Assembly (NCBI GenBank): GCA_965178125.1 | Contig: OZ237736.1 | Location: 868,001 to 932,000 of the forward strand | Direction of reading: 5' to 3' | DNA: 64,000 bases | Origin: Bilabrum cf. latius | Taxonomy: Eukaryota | Shown here: positions 11,882-24,907 of the stretch, one piece after another | How the letters are laid out: every line of letters starts with the position of its first letter | How positions within the stretch are numbered: position 1 is the first letter of the stretch | Made by a program: the position numbers and the translations under genes | The notes under the pieces: model-generated | Told to the model about the DNA's origin: nothing | Seen by the model: only the letters and a program-made list of their open reading frames with translations | The model's database searches: none

Positions 11882-14800
11882 CTCCCCCGGCACTTCCGAT
11901 GACCCGAGCTCGATGCGGTTTGCCGCCAGCACTGCCACATCTGGCTCGCAATCGTAGTCGTCCTCCACTGCGGGCTCCAAATCTTCTGCAGAAGCTGAGA
12001 CTAGTAGCCTATCGAAGTCACAGTAGGGCATGCAAGCTGGCACTGGTTCACATGCCAGCGCGAGCTCGCAGGCTTCCGCGTTGTCTGGTGAATCTGCCAC
12101 GCAGCGAGCAGGTGCTCAGTCGACGCAGTAGCATCGCGCGAATTCCGGGTGGTCTGACGGGTTCGGTCGTGGGTTTGGTGGGCCCATTGGCTCCCTGGGT
12201 CATGCGGCCTACCAGCCAGGCGTGCTGCCGTCCGGGCAGCCAGGATTCATGCGCCCAAGCGGACAAATCCTTGCGCCGTACGTGTTCAATCCTGCGGCCC
12301 CTGGGGGCTACCCAGTGGACCCGATTGCCCTGCACAACTCGAACGCGTTCTGGAACAGGCTGTCAGGCCCCCCCATGTCACCCACGTACAGTGGCATGTC
12401 GGCATCAGGCGGCTTCTTGCCGGGAATGACGCCACCTGGCTGGCAGTAGCAGTACCGCGGTGCCACGATGTATGCCCCGCCAGGCTAGGGCGTGATGCCG
12501 GGTGCATTCGCCGCGGGAGCAGCGTAGGCAGGTAGCACGTTCCAAGGCCCAGTGGCGCCTGGCTGGTCCACCGTCATCGGTGGCCTGCCTGCGTACCTTC
12601 GACTGAGGGCCGGCCCTGACGGCGAGCCATCAATCGTAGCCCAACGGATGGGCATCAATGGCATGCCGATCGAGGTGGGCAGCTGGACGCTGAGGGACGG
12701 CCAGGTCATGCCTATTGGCGGGTCCGATAACAGTCAGCTGCCTGTCGGTGCGGTTGGCCCCGGACCAGTAGGTACGGCAGTTTCGAGCGGTGGTGCCATG
12801 GGGACGGGGCCTGCCGTCGTGAACGGACAGATCGGCGACGGGTACACTGCGCTTGGCACTGTCAAGGCCTCCAATGTACCACTGGCGTGGCCCGCTGCGC
12901 CTATCCTGACGGCACCAGCACTCAAGCCTAATGCCGTGGCGCCCCCAGTCCCAATTCATCGCACGATTCGCGGGGGTAGCGTGAGCGGGGACACCGGAGA
13001 ATAGAGAGCGGATGGCGTGTTCCAGCCAAGGTCGATGCAGGACTAGTCCAAGCTGGAGTCTCTGCTTTCTCAGCTCATCGTGCATCTTGCGGGATAGGGC
13101 GGCAGTGGCAACAACCAAGGCCAGCAGCAGCCGCAGCAGCAAGCCCAGCAGCCCACCATTGTGGTTGTTGGGGGTCAGGGTACGTCAGCTTCTGGCAGTG
13201 GTTCCGATTCCAATAAGATCTGGGAAGATATCCGGCGCACTATGTAGCAGCAGAAGGAGGAGCAGGAGAAGCGACAGGCGGAAATCCTCCAGCAGCTGAA
13301 TGAGGTTAAGAATGGAGGGCAGCAGTCGCGAGGCTCTTCGAACAAGCTAGACGAGAGCGGGTCGAAGTCGAGCAAGTCGACCGAAGGGAGCGACTCCGAT
13401 TCTTTTAATAGCCAGGTCTCCAATAACTAGAAATTGGGTGGCGGCAGCGTGGATGAGTCTAAGCAGGGAGGCAAAGACGAAGAAGGAGAGGAAGAAAGAG
13501 AAGAAGACGTGAAGGGCGGTGCCAGCGATGGCCCTGGCAGCTCGGTGAAGACCATGATGCCGAATGACAAGCCAGGTAGCCAGAGTGTCCCTGTGGACGC
13601 CATTCCATCCGACACGGTCGTCATGGGGCAGGTCACCGACGGCGTCAAGACGGACCCGCAGGGCCCTTCCAAGGCCAAGCCGAGCCAGGACGCAGGGGGC
13701 GGAGGCATGAAGTTCAGGTCTGAGAGGGGCGGGCCTGGGCCGGGTGGATTGCACCTGGGGCATACGCTTCCTCCCGAATTGGCCGATTTGCCGGACAGCC
13801 CATTCTCATCCAAGCTTGGAACTCGTGGCAGCAGTTTCCGCAGGATGCCAGCATTCAGCATGCTACAGCTGGACGAAGACTCTTAGAAGGGAACAACCCG
13901 GCACGAGGGTGTGCATGGTGAGGGGCCCAGCAGCAGCAGCGATGCAGTGGGCCAGTGGGAAACCACGCATGCCAGCAGCGACGGTCTCTTGCAGAGCCAG
14001 GCAGGCACTGGCAGGCAGAGATTCCGTTCCATCCGAGGCAGGGCAAGCACTCGTGCCTCGGTGCGGTCTGGGGCACAAGCCGGCTCGCGGACTGCCAGCG
14101 CAAGGGCGGGGGCACGCGCAGACTTGGGTGCGGGGGCAGTGGCAGGGACCGGTTCAGTTGCATCGGCGGAGGGAGCACACTCACACACCAAGTTTATTGG
14201 GGGGCTCGTGAATTAGGGACTCGAGGTTGCGAAGGGCGTGGCCGCGCACGTGATTTCTCATGTTGCCTCGCATTTGGCATCCGAGTCGGCTGCTCAGTTC
14301 CTCAACAGCCCGATTTAGGGAGCCACCACGGAGCCTTCAGAGAGGCCTCCCCCCATGCCTCGCGCCCTGATGCCGCAGGAGATTGCCGCTCTACAGGGCC
14401 AGAGCGGGACTATTGACAAGATGACGCGGCTGCTCGCGTCTGAAGGCGGGGATTCTGGCGCTGGTGACGCTGGTGGTGGCGATGCCGAGGAAGCCCAGCG
14501 CAGCAAGACGAATTTGAGGCACGAAGCATTTCGAGTCTTCGGGGACCTCGATGCCCCGGCGGCAGACACAGAGATGTCGCCGCCCATGCCTGTGAAGCCT
14601 GCTCCAGCGGCAGGGGAGGGCGCAGGTGCCGGTGCTGGCAAGCCCCCCATGCCAGTCATGCCGATCGCGGTGCCTGCAGATGCAGGGAAGGAGGGCCGGC
14701 CTGCCGTTGCGGAGGCATTGGGGCACTTGAACCAGGGGCGGGCGACAGGAGAGTATGCGAACATGCGATTCAGTGCAAGGGACATGGCCGGTGGGCCCTT

Positions 14801-14936
14801 CGCGTCGCTGGGGGATCGCGAGTACAGGTATGTGCGCGAGGACGAGAAGGGCGTGTTCCAGCAGCAGCTGGATGAGAACAACAGGCTGATGTTTCCGGGT
14901 GGAGATTCCACTCAAGGCTCAAGTGGGGCTGAATGA
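10022..14936 (+). CDS. Large (~1,580 aa) secreted low-complexity Gly/Ser/Pro/Gln-rich protein of unknown function
   Basis: Signal-peptide-like start MSVTLHVWLAVCAVAIQSISNA. Introns 10164-10249 and 10482-10567 join into the frame shared by seven downstream ORF pieces separated only by TAG; ends TGA. Confidence 0.7.
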
Positions 14937-15209
14937 AAATGCAATTCTCTATATCTCAGCATTATTTTGTTGTAGCGGGAACTGATGGCGCGATGCCACT
15001 GTGATGACGATGTCGAGCCGCTGTTCGTGCATTTTGTGTTCGCTGATCCAAAGCTGTATTGCACGACTCAAAACAGATAGTTGCACATCGGCAATATGCT
15101 TGAGGCAGTGTCAGAATGAGAGAGTGTGCTGCGTTCTATAGAGCCTTTCAGTAAAGGTGCTAGGCGTGTCTGTTGCACATCATCGCCGCGTACTGGACCT
15201 GGTCGCTGC

Positions 15210-18200
15210 ATGGTGGCATCAGAAGCGAATGACCCGCTTAGCAAGAATCCAAGTATTGATTTACAGGACATGTGCCTGTACTGTAGGCCAGATTGCCTGC
15301 TGTGGGGAAGAGGTGCCGGGCAGAGACACATCTCCTCAGAGATCCAAGAAGTAAGATCCGAAGAGATTGTGAGAGCTGCATCCGAGTATCAGGACCACGA
15401 GCACTCCTTTTCTCGTAAATCTCCGCTTTGCGCAGATTTTGCCGGGCTTGCGGGCGAATGGATTGAAATGCCACTCTGAATCTTGGACGGCAGTGACGGT
15501 CGATTTATTGTCGTGTTCCTTGTTCGAAAGCTAGAATGACCCGATAATAAACTTGTAGCTATCATTTGAATTGTGGTCTTGCGTCCGATTGTCTTGGCTT
15601 GGCTTGGATACTTGTCGGCAGCTGCTGGCAACGCTGCAGCAACTGCAACCCGGCGAGCTTCGCAAGTATGAGTCGATTCGGCTTATTTAGCAGCTAGGTG
15701 GTGATAAGTCTTAGTCGGAGCTAGTGATATAGAAATCGCACGAGTGGATTGCAGCTTTTGCGGAGCGTCTCGACAGTGCGATTCAGACGTGCTCAGCGCG
15801 GGCGACTGCAAGCTGTGAGCTGCAGGCCCGTGGTGTCATCTGCGGCGGATCTTCTGCAGACTGGGCCAATGCAGCTGCAGTATGGCATCTAGGGCCCAAG
15901 TCGGACACCACGCAGCAGCCACGTCCTGGATTCCGGTCAGCAATCGGTGTCTCCGACAGGCCTCTGCCTCCTGTTGTGCCGGGCTTGCACCACGTTCTTC
16001 AAGATATCTTGCTTGCAGACGATGGCCAAACCGTCTCGGTTCGTGATCCATCACCTGCCTATGGTAGCGGATCTAGCCGTGCTGCAGCATCTGCAGGTCA
16101 CCCAGGTCAATCGCTGCCAAAGGATCGAAGGCACCGTGTGCAAGTCAGCGAGGGTCTTGTTGAGGTCATTCGGATTGCTGCCCAGGAGCCTCCCAGGGAT
16201 GGGTTTGCATTCACTGGAGACGGCGTGGGAGGTAGAGACTGCGCTGCTGCTGGCAGGCTATTTGCGATCTGGGTTGCGCCCTCTGGGCCGACTGGATCGA
16301 ACGCACCGTTTGCAGCCTTAGGCAGTGGAGGACAGCACCTAGGCGGCGGCGGGTCGATCCGAAGCAGCGAGACGCGAGGCAAGCAGGGCTCACCTGCAGC
16401 TCGCGAGCCGTTCAAACCCCCCGATGGTGTGCTTCCGCGTCGCTATAGGGAATTCCTGGTGCGATGGGGCAAGGCGTGGCGAGCTATCGCGAAGGGGCCA
16501 GGCCAGCGCGTGGGGGCTGGTCCAGGCCGGACAGACAAGCCAGACCTGCCGTGGGTATACAACGGTGCACAATGCCTGGCTGCAGCGGTGCAGGCATCGG
16601 CCCACCCCCAGCTAGGGTCACTTCTGTCGACCTACAAACAGGTGGCCTCCGGGCCAGCACTCCCTCGTGAACCCAGCCGGTCCGATGCTACTGTCAATCC
16701 TGCGGGGTATGGCGGTATGAGAGCAACCCGCGTTTCGACAGCATACGGCGGCATCAAGGATGCAACCACGTCGTCTATCCCCAGTGTCCGCGCCGGGGAG
16801 CACGCCAGCTGGGTTCGATGCGTGGACATTGCGAGAGTATGCATCCTGTGGCTCTGTGGAGGTGTGTACGTAGACACAGATGCAGAGCCTGGGCCAGATG
16901 CAGCCCGGATACCCCATTGGTTGATCGAGCCCATGGATGCATGCACCGAAGAATCTGCTGTCGCGCGGGGCCATTCTGTCGATAGTGAGCAGCCTGATGC
17001 CCAAGTCTAGCCTGGTATAGGCCGCGCAGGTATGCCAGAGCGGCCTGGTTGTCGAGCTTCACGATCGTTTGACCAGCTTCATCCCATTGCAGTGCTACCT
17101 GCTGATCCAGAAGGAATCGTTCACAACTGTTGGATGGCGGCGGGGACGCCGGGCCTGCCCATACTCGGGGCAATCTTGAGATCCACGTCGTGGACAGCCG
17201 CTGCCGAAGGCTCCCCAATGGAAGCCACTGGCCCGGTGCTTCTATCCGCCGTGATGAATATGGTGCATAGCTAGTCTATGGACCTACCAAATGTATTGCC
17301 TGTCCGGTCGGGCTAGCCGGCAGGTGGCGCACCTAGTGCTAGTATGCTTCCTGAAGGTGCAGGTAGCCAAAGTCTGAAAGGGACGGCGGCAGGTACACTG
17401 CCACTGCCGCCCGTGCACAGTTACATGGTTGCCTAGAGCTTGGGTGTGGGCGGCTATTCAGTACCTGGAGTGTTTAGCGAGCCTCTTGAAGCGCACAACG
17501 ACGGCACGTTCCGCTTGCTGCAGCCAGCAGTTGCAACAATGTTGAACAATGTGTGGCGAAGATGCGAGCAGGTTGGATCATCTAGGCAAAGGCTTTTAGC
17601 AGAGATGAAGCGGGGATACCTTGGTACGAGAAACACCATTCCAGAGCCATTCTGGAGCTTGCTCGCGGTCTCAGGCGGACAAGAGGGTGGCGTTAGCGGG
17701 ATTCCCGAAAGGGAACGGCTGCAGACTGGACCCATGTCCGAGCTTGTAGGTCCTTACGGCCTCGCCCCAGCTGATCGTGGCAAGCTACCATTCGGCCACA
17801 CCGTATTTGTGCTGCCGGGTCAATGCATATTTGGCAATCATTGGCGCGAGACTCGCCCGTTCGATGCCAGGGAGGATGCTTCCAATAGCCCCAAGCACCG
17901 CTCAGCAGCGCCGTCGGACAGTAGGCCGAGCCAGGCGCACGGTCACTCGGGCACAGCATCGGTGGCAAGCATCGCGTTACACCAGTGGGACCAGACGTGG
18001 GTCACGAGGGGCGGAGATGGCTCGTTTGATGGAGCCTAGGCGGCAATCGACCAGCTGGCAGCCGCGCTGGATGCAGCCTTAGCTGTCAACTCAGCTGCAC
18101 CTCGTATTCAAACTGCAGCCACCAGGAGATCGACAGGATCAGTAGCTAGTTTTCCATCCGAACGGCTCCATCTGGCGCTGTTGGGAGTCTCTCAGCCAAG

Positions 18201-20484
18201 CTGTGACCTCGTGGAGCAGCATGAACTTGCCATCAGCAATGCTATGACTCAGCTGGTCGGCAAGTCGAAGTTCATGAAATCACGACGGACGCAACATCAG
18301 AGACACATGCTGCCCGGTGCAGCAGGCTCTGATCGCGCGGCGGTGGATCTGCCTTCCATTGCGCCGTTCTTGCCTCCCGTACACAGAAGCCCAACGCTCT
18401 CTCCAAAACGATCGGAGCTGCCTGACACGGACCAGGATCTAGCTACAGCTGTCTGGTCCGCAAAATCGGGGGGTGTAGAGAGCGGCGAAAGGACCGATTC
18501 GGAGGGCCCTAGGCCGGTGCAGGACAGCAATAGTCCTTTCAATTGCAATATAGGAATGCAATTACCTCCTGCACATCAAGAAATGGACGCCCAGCAATTT
18601 TATGACCAGGAGGTGGCATGGGATAGCGATGCTTCTTTCGGCGTGCAAAATGCAGTACTTGAAGCCATCGGCAAGTCAGCAAAGTCGAGTACAAGTCGCG
18701 CACACCGGCGCTGGGCCGTGCGGAATCTGCTGCACAAGCATGACCTGAAGCATATCGAGGCCTAGTCCAGGCCGAAAGCTGCCGATGCCGACTTCACAGT
18801 CCTGTCGCTTGCGAGCAGGATTTAGCAGATGGCTAAAGCGCAGGCATTGAGCTACGGATCGTACGACTGGGGTGTGATCGGCATACCACGAGGATCTAGG
18901 CTTGGATACAAGTCGCACCGCCCGCTTAGGACGCGCGCCAGAAGCAGCACTGCAATCCCACTCTCTCAACAGGGACGTCTTTAGCAAAAGGTTCCGGTCA
19001 AGCCGAGCTCCGCTGATTGTCTCCTACAGACAAAAAGTGGGACAGCCGGCTGTTCGGGCGAGAACGAACATATCTCGAAAGCTCCGCGCACAGTTGCGTC
19101 CAGCAGTCTAGCCACCAGCAACAGAGCACTATCAGCGCATCCGCGCCGTGGCCAGGACGCAAGACGGACGCCCTTGTCTTCTGGATAGCCTGTTGGCTCC
19201 GCAGATGCAAGGTCAACTCCAGCTGCAGCACCCGAGGAGACCAACTCATCGTCTGTCGTTGCTGTGCCGATGGTTCCTGGCTTACGTCCTCGGAAGAGTC
19301 CAGGTCGACGGACACTGCTGCGTGGCGTTGGCCGCACTGCCACAGGCCGTGCTGTTCACGGGTCGACGGTCGGACCGAGCCCACGAGCATCACGCAGTAA
19401 AGCTGCGGTGCTGCGCGCTTCAATTGCAATGGAAAACGATAGTGATGATCGAGGAGGCGCCGTGGCTGATTCGTATGCTTCGCGGGGGGACCTGTATATG
19501 CATGAAGTGATCGATTCCATGCGTAATGAGCCACAGAGAAGAGGAGTCTCTGTGAACGTACCGTCAGGTATGATGGAGACCATGCGTGGCAGACTGGAGG
19601 AGGTGAAAAACTCGCCTCCTAACGATGGAGGCGTGCTGGCTTGGAACCGCAGCAAGCGCATGCTAGCAGCCATAGACTCTGCCGTCGACAGGCACAGCGA
19701 ATGGGTGCACTTTGAGTCCATTGAAGACGCCGATGCGATGTGCAGGCTGCTCGGCCTGCATGAGGAAGGGGAGACACCGGAAGCATCGCACAAAAGGCAG
19801 CGACCACGATCCGAAGATGAGAGATATCATCGTATCGACTCTGCGCTATCAGCGGTCACAGGTGTGGGCTGGACTGGACGAGATTCGTGGAGTGCTCCCG
19901 GTGATGGCCAAGTTGTAGGTGCAGCTGGTTACGGCGGAGCTTTGAGACTTGCTTATGATGGCTATGGAGGAACCATTAACGTTGGGGTCGGCACTTCGGA
20001 TGTTGCAGCCCTACACAGAGCCGTGTCAGTCGTGCAGTCCCCGCAATCTAGCGCGAACGCTGCATTCGCAGGGCAAAACGACGGCTTCTCGCCTGGGTTC
20101 GAGGTCATCCAACAGCAGGGCAGTGAGATCATGCTACAAGAGATTCCTGCAGCGGGTAACGGGTCCCGCCCCTCTGGCAAGCCGGAGGCGCTCGCTACGA
20201 AGGGGCCTCCGCGTGGCATGACCAGGCTTGAGCAAGCCGCCAGGCAACGAATCGAGCAGAGCGAGCATGTTGGCAGTGGTGCAGTGGGTACGCTGCTACG
20301 CCGAGCCGCGAGAGCGTTGCTTGCAATGCACAGGGCTGGTACCACTGGGAGCCCTGTAGCGGCTCGTTTAGCCGTTTCCAGTGCGAGGGTATTGCAAGTC
20401 ATGTCGAATTCGGCAGCCCCGATGGCCGTGAGGGTCAGGGTATTGCTACAGAAGCTGCGGGCTCACGCACTAGTCGCGGACTAA
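15210..20484 (+). CDS. Large protein with glycosyltransferase family 32 (DxD, Och1/Gb3-like) domain
   Basis: Motifs VDIARVCILWLCGGVYVDTD, HNCWMAAGTPGLPIL, ATGPVLL, LHQWDQTW. Frame free of TAA/TGA from 15373 to TAA 20482-20484. Proposed intron 15351-15435 (GTAAGA...CGCAG) supplies ATG 15210; 5' model uncertain. Confidence 0.7.
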
Positions 20485-20612
20485 GATGCTGAAGGTGATG
20501 GGTGGGGGCCAAGCTGAGGGTATTGAGTGCCTGAGTGAACAATACTTCGCTAAAACACGAATTGGTACAGTGTCACTGTTCATCGCCTCCTACGGGGTAT
20601 TGCAAAACCCGT

Positions 20613-23600
20613 TCATTCCTCAAAAACCTTCTCGGCGATCCACTCGCCGGAGGCAGCCTCGATCCCCTCACGGCGCAGCAGATCACTCGACGACACCACC
20701 CCTTCCCTGGCGTTGCCCGCCTGCATGGCACTGTCGATCGCGTCAGCCAGCTGTTTCATGTCCGTCATGCTGGCAGAGAGCACCTCATCCCGCTGCTGCT
20801 GCACCATCTCCTGCGTGGTGCCAGTCATCCATCGGCGCAGCGCCCTCGATCCCTTGCTGGCGGGTGAGGACGGCGAGTCCAGCGAACCAACCACTGAGAT
20901 GATGGCTTTGTCCACGTCATCCTGGCTCACACCACGCAGGTAGTCGGTAGACTTGCTGAAGGCATCGAACGTGGACTTGATGTTGGGGTCTCTGTACGAG
21001 GAGAAGCCGATCATCCCCTTGAACTGGTCAAAGCCCATTCCCGCACCGTACGCGTTGCCAAGCACTCGCACCTGGTCCCAGATCCAGTTGGAACTTGCCA
21101 AAGAGCAGCCTACCATAGCTGCACCCATGCGCAGGTCCTTGACGCCACCGCTCCCATCCAAAGGCAGCGGTACCTGCCGGACGGCGTAGTTCACCTAGGT
21201 GGGAACGAGCACAGCTGCTTTGGAGCCCTGCGCAACAGCAGCGGAGGTCCCATTGAGCAGACTTGCCCCAATCACCTCCAGCCGATCGCTCGCCACTACA
21301 CCACCACTCCGGACAACCGACCCGAACGCACCCGCAACGACAGCTCCATCTCCCGAAGCAGCGTGCTCAGGCGAGACCGGCAGTGCTTCAAGCACCCCTC
21401 GCATGGCACCTGCAGCAGCATCGATGCCCTCCTTCTCGGACGTAACAAGAGCGCACGTTCCCTGTCTGGTCAAAATCAGAGAGCGCAGCGACTGGAGGTC
21501 AGCGAGCAGCGCGGCCCACGCTTGCTCTTTGTCTGTTCCTCGCAATCCAGCGAGCTGCTTCCGAAGCCAGCGCAGGTATGGCAGGCCACCCGACGCGATA
21601 CCGAACGCGCCCTCAGCGCTCAGACCACCAGCAACGTAAGACTGTGCCAACGCTGCGGACCCAGCTGCGCCTGACGCTCTGGCGCTCTCGCTCTGGGCGA
21701 GGATTTCTCGCACCCGCGTCTGCTGGTCCAGGTTGGGGTCCAGCAGCAACTCGGTGAGGATCTCGCGGAGGGCTGGCAGCTGGTCGTGCAGGGCTGAGCC
21801 AGAGACCGTCAGCTTGGCATGGATCTGCCCACGGGAGCCGGGCACCGCCGAGGCCGACGCGCTGGCCGACACACCACCAGTTTCGGCCCCAATGCGGTGC
21901 TGCATCTCGATCTCGTTCATCTTCGAGGTACCGAGGCTGGTGATGCAACGCGAGAGCACTCGAAGGGCGGGGAGCTGCGACACGGGGATGTGACCCAGGT
22001 CAAAGACAAGCCCCGCATAGCTGATCCCGTTCGTGGGCTGCTCCACAGCAACCATGTGCTCGGCGTCAATAGCCAAGCCATCTTCCTGGCTGCCACTTGC
22101 ACCAAGGGCGGTGGTAGTCCATGGAGTGAACTTGGCGGTCTTCTCCATGTCCTTGACCTCGAGCCGAGGAATCGTCGCTAGGTCCTCAGGGCTGTCGGGC
22201 TCGAGCTGCCTGGCCCGCAGCGCTTCAGCTTGCGCCGCGAGGCTGGCGCGTTCATCTTCGGGCAGTGCGGCGGTTGCCTTAGCCACATTCTTGCCCTCAA
22301 GCTTGGCAAGCTCCGATGCCATTGCGGGGTCAGGTGACATGCGGACAGTGCACCGGTGCTTGTTGTCCAGCAGGTGCTTTCGGATGAGAGATTGGAAGAA
22401 ATCGGGCTCGTTCTCCACCCTGCGAACAGTAGAAGGACAGCAGTCGATAGAATCACACATCAATGGATGTCTTCTTTGACCGGCGGAAGAATATAACTCC
22501 GATCAGTGTGTGATAAACGATGCATTCCCTCACTTTGTGGTCAGCTCAGCCACCACGTCCTCGTACCGCATCTCATCTACGGGGTCCCGCCCGTATAGCC
22601 AGCTCCCAGCCATGCCGAGGAACAGAGTCAAGCCCCTGCGAAAAAGGAAGAAAAGGGAAGGTCAGAGGATCGTACAGTGCGGGTATCAAGTTTGTTCGCA
22701 CGATCCCCGGCTGTTCATGCAAAGGGAGGGTGGAGCACGGGGTCGCGCTGCAAGCAGACGGGACGGACTCCACTGGTCTCTCACTTGGGATTGCCACCCG
22801 CACCGAATTCGCGCAAGTTGAAGTTGAGGGTGTTCATCTCCGCCTTGAGGTGATTCTCATCGAACCCAGTCTCAGCGATGCGAGCTAGTGTATCCATCAC
22901 GATGCTTCGCACCTTGGCGGCATCGTCTGCGGTGCGCAGGCCTTTGAGACCAGCACCGAACATGCTCTGTCTCGAGTAGCTGCTTAGGCCCCCACCGGTG
23001 ACAGACGTCCCCAGCCCGCTATCAACGAGCGCCTTGAACAAAGGTGACGTCTGCCTGCCCATCAGCAGGCTAGAGAGCAGCATCAGCCCCACCCGCTCCA
23101 CTGGGGCAAGGTAGGTCGAAGGAGACTCTGCAGGGTCCGTGCCTCCGTCCTGGAGCGCCCAGCACACCGTTGAGTACAGGCCGTGCCCCCCCGGCAGAGC
23201 GCCCTCGCCTTCGTCACCCGCCCCCTCGATCGCTTCCACCTCGCTGGGCTCGCAGGGATATGTCGTGAAGTACTCCTTCTCTCCATCCCCGGCCTCGGCC
23301 AGCAGGGGCCCAGCAAACTGTTCCCAGTCCTTTGCGGTGTACTCCGTGGTGCGACCGTCCTCCGGCACAGGCACAGGCTCCATGGCTCGCAGGGCTGGGG
23401 TCAGATCGACTAGCTTCTCGCCAGCGGAAGCGGCCGTGTTTCCAGAGGCAGGTGACTGAGGGAACGGACTGCCCACCACGCCCTGAGGATACACCGCGGG
23501 CCCGATGTGCTTCCCGTGGCTGGCTGCCTCCTGCCTCGACCTCGCCTCCTCGTCCTCCGCCCACCTGCACTGCTGTGCCTCCGTGAGGTACCTGTGCGCC

Positions 23601-24610
23601 AGCTTCAATCGATCTTCAGGGTTGTCGTCACCCCAGAAGAAGAGCCTCGCGTTCGAGGGGCGGTACCAGCGGCGGTGGAACGCGGAGAACTTTTCAAAGT
23701 CGAGCGTGGGGATGGCCAGGGGGTCCCCGCCGCTGGACACGCCGTACGTGTGGCCCGCAAAAAGCGACTCGGAGCAAGCGTATCCGTGGAGGCTGTCGGG
23801 ACTCGAGTAGACTCCCTTCATCTCGTTGAAGACCACGCCAGAGTAGTGGAGCTGGCTGCTGCTGCTGTCGCTGCCTGGGCCTGCAGCCTCAGCTGCGATG
23901 GGGGCACCCGTCTCTGCGCCATTGCTTGCAGAGCTCTCAAACCTCCAGCCCTCTTGTTGCAGCACGTGCGGCCCCAGCCGAGGGAAGAAGACAGCGTCGA
24001 GGTACACGCCCACGAGGTTGTAGAAGTCTCGCGTGTTCATGGACGCGACAGGGTATACCGTTCGATCAGGATACGTCATGGCGTTCAAAAATGTCTGCAA
24101 CGAGCCGCGGAGAAGCTCAGCAAAGGGCTCCTTAATCGGATAGTTCCTGCTGCCGCACAGGACGCTGTGCTCAAGCACGTGCGCGATCCCTGACGAGTCC
24201 TCCGGCGGGGTAGCGAACGCAACTCCAAACACCTTTTCGTCGCCACCAGCTTCAGATGGAACCTGTACGGACATAATCTCGGCCCCAGTAGATTTGTGCT
24301 TCAAAAGGACCGTGTGGGCTTTGTGCTCGCGAACAGTAGTATTCTGCATGATCTCGAACTCTTCCATCACAACAGGATCCACACCGTCAAATGCACTGGC
24401 TGATACGGAATGCTGATCCTATTTTGGCGCTGCAGACGACATGAAACCTCTCTCTAGGCTTCCAGGAGCACTTCGTGACGTCGGTGGCCCACCACGCCGA
24501 AACAACCCTCTGGTACTGCATACTTGCAGCTTCCTCAAACTCCGTTTGGCAGAGCGCCCAAATGCTCCATGCAAGGAACGCTACAGCCGGCAAATGCTGC
24601 GGGCACTCAT
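20613..24610 (-). CDS. PITRM1: Mitochondrial presequence protease PreP/Cym1 (peptidase M16C)
   Basis: GIAHVLEHSVLCGS (inverted HxxEH), FLNAMTYPDRT, GVVFNEMKG, IWDQVRVLGNAYG, SYRDPN. Arg/Ser-rich presequence MSARSICRL*RSLH. Introns 22636-22784 and 22420-22533. TAG in PT*VNY at 21195-21197; ends TGA. Confidence 0.95.
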
Positions 24611-24684
24611 GATTGGGGGCAAAGTAGTGCAGTTGACGTGGATGTGCAGTAAACAACTTTTCCTTCTGAAAATGCACGCAATAA

Positions 24685-24778
24685 GCCCGAAACGCGCGGC
24701 GACGAAAAGGTTCCGCATCAGCTGTCTGGCCACCACTTCAAGGAATCATGCCTAGAGCAAGACGCGTTTTTTTCCTGC
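24685..24778 (+). repeat. Copy A of a ~95 bp imperfect direct repeat (degenerate duplicate of the ETHE1 upstream region and first codons; lies upstream of PreP)
   Basis: First 40 nt (GCCCGAAACGCGCGGCGACGAAAAGGTTCCGCATCAGCTG) identical to 30168-30207. Continues ...CATGCCTAGAGCAAGACGCGTTTTTTTCC versus CATGCTCAGAGCAAGACGCGTTTTTTCCC. Confidence 0.9.
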
Positions 24779-24907
24779 CTGTCTCTCTACTAGGCCTGCT
24801 CTCTACGCTCACTTCTCTACTAGTATTCCAAACGTGGCCGCGTCCCAAGGCAGAGGTTAAGTGGTACGCCACCTGGATCTAGCCGCGCGATCCTCAAGCT
24901 CACATGA

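Noticed and set aside
24685-24778. Repeat as a Pol III ncRNA, hammerhead ribozyme or MITE (AAACGCG...CGCGTTT stem, T-run)
   Set aside because: No complete CUGANGA/GAAA core or real TIRs. The T-run is explained as ETHE1 codons (GTT TTT TCC) in copy B.
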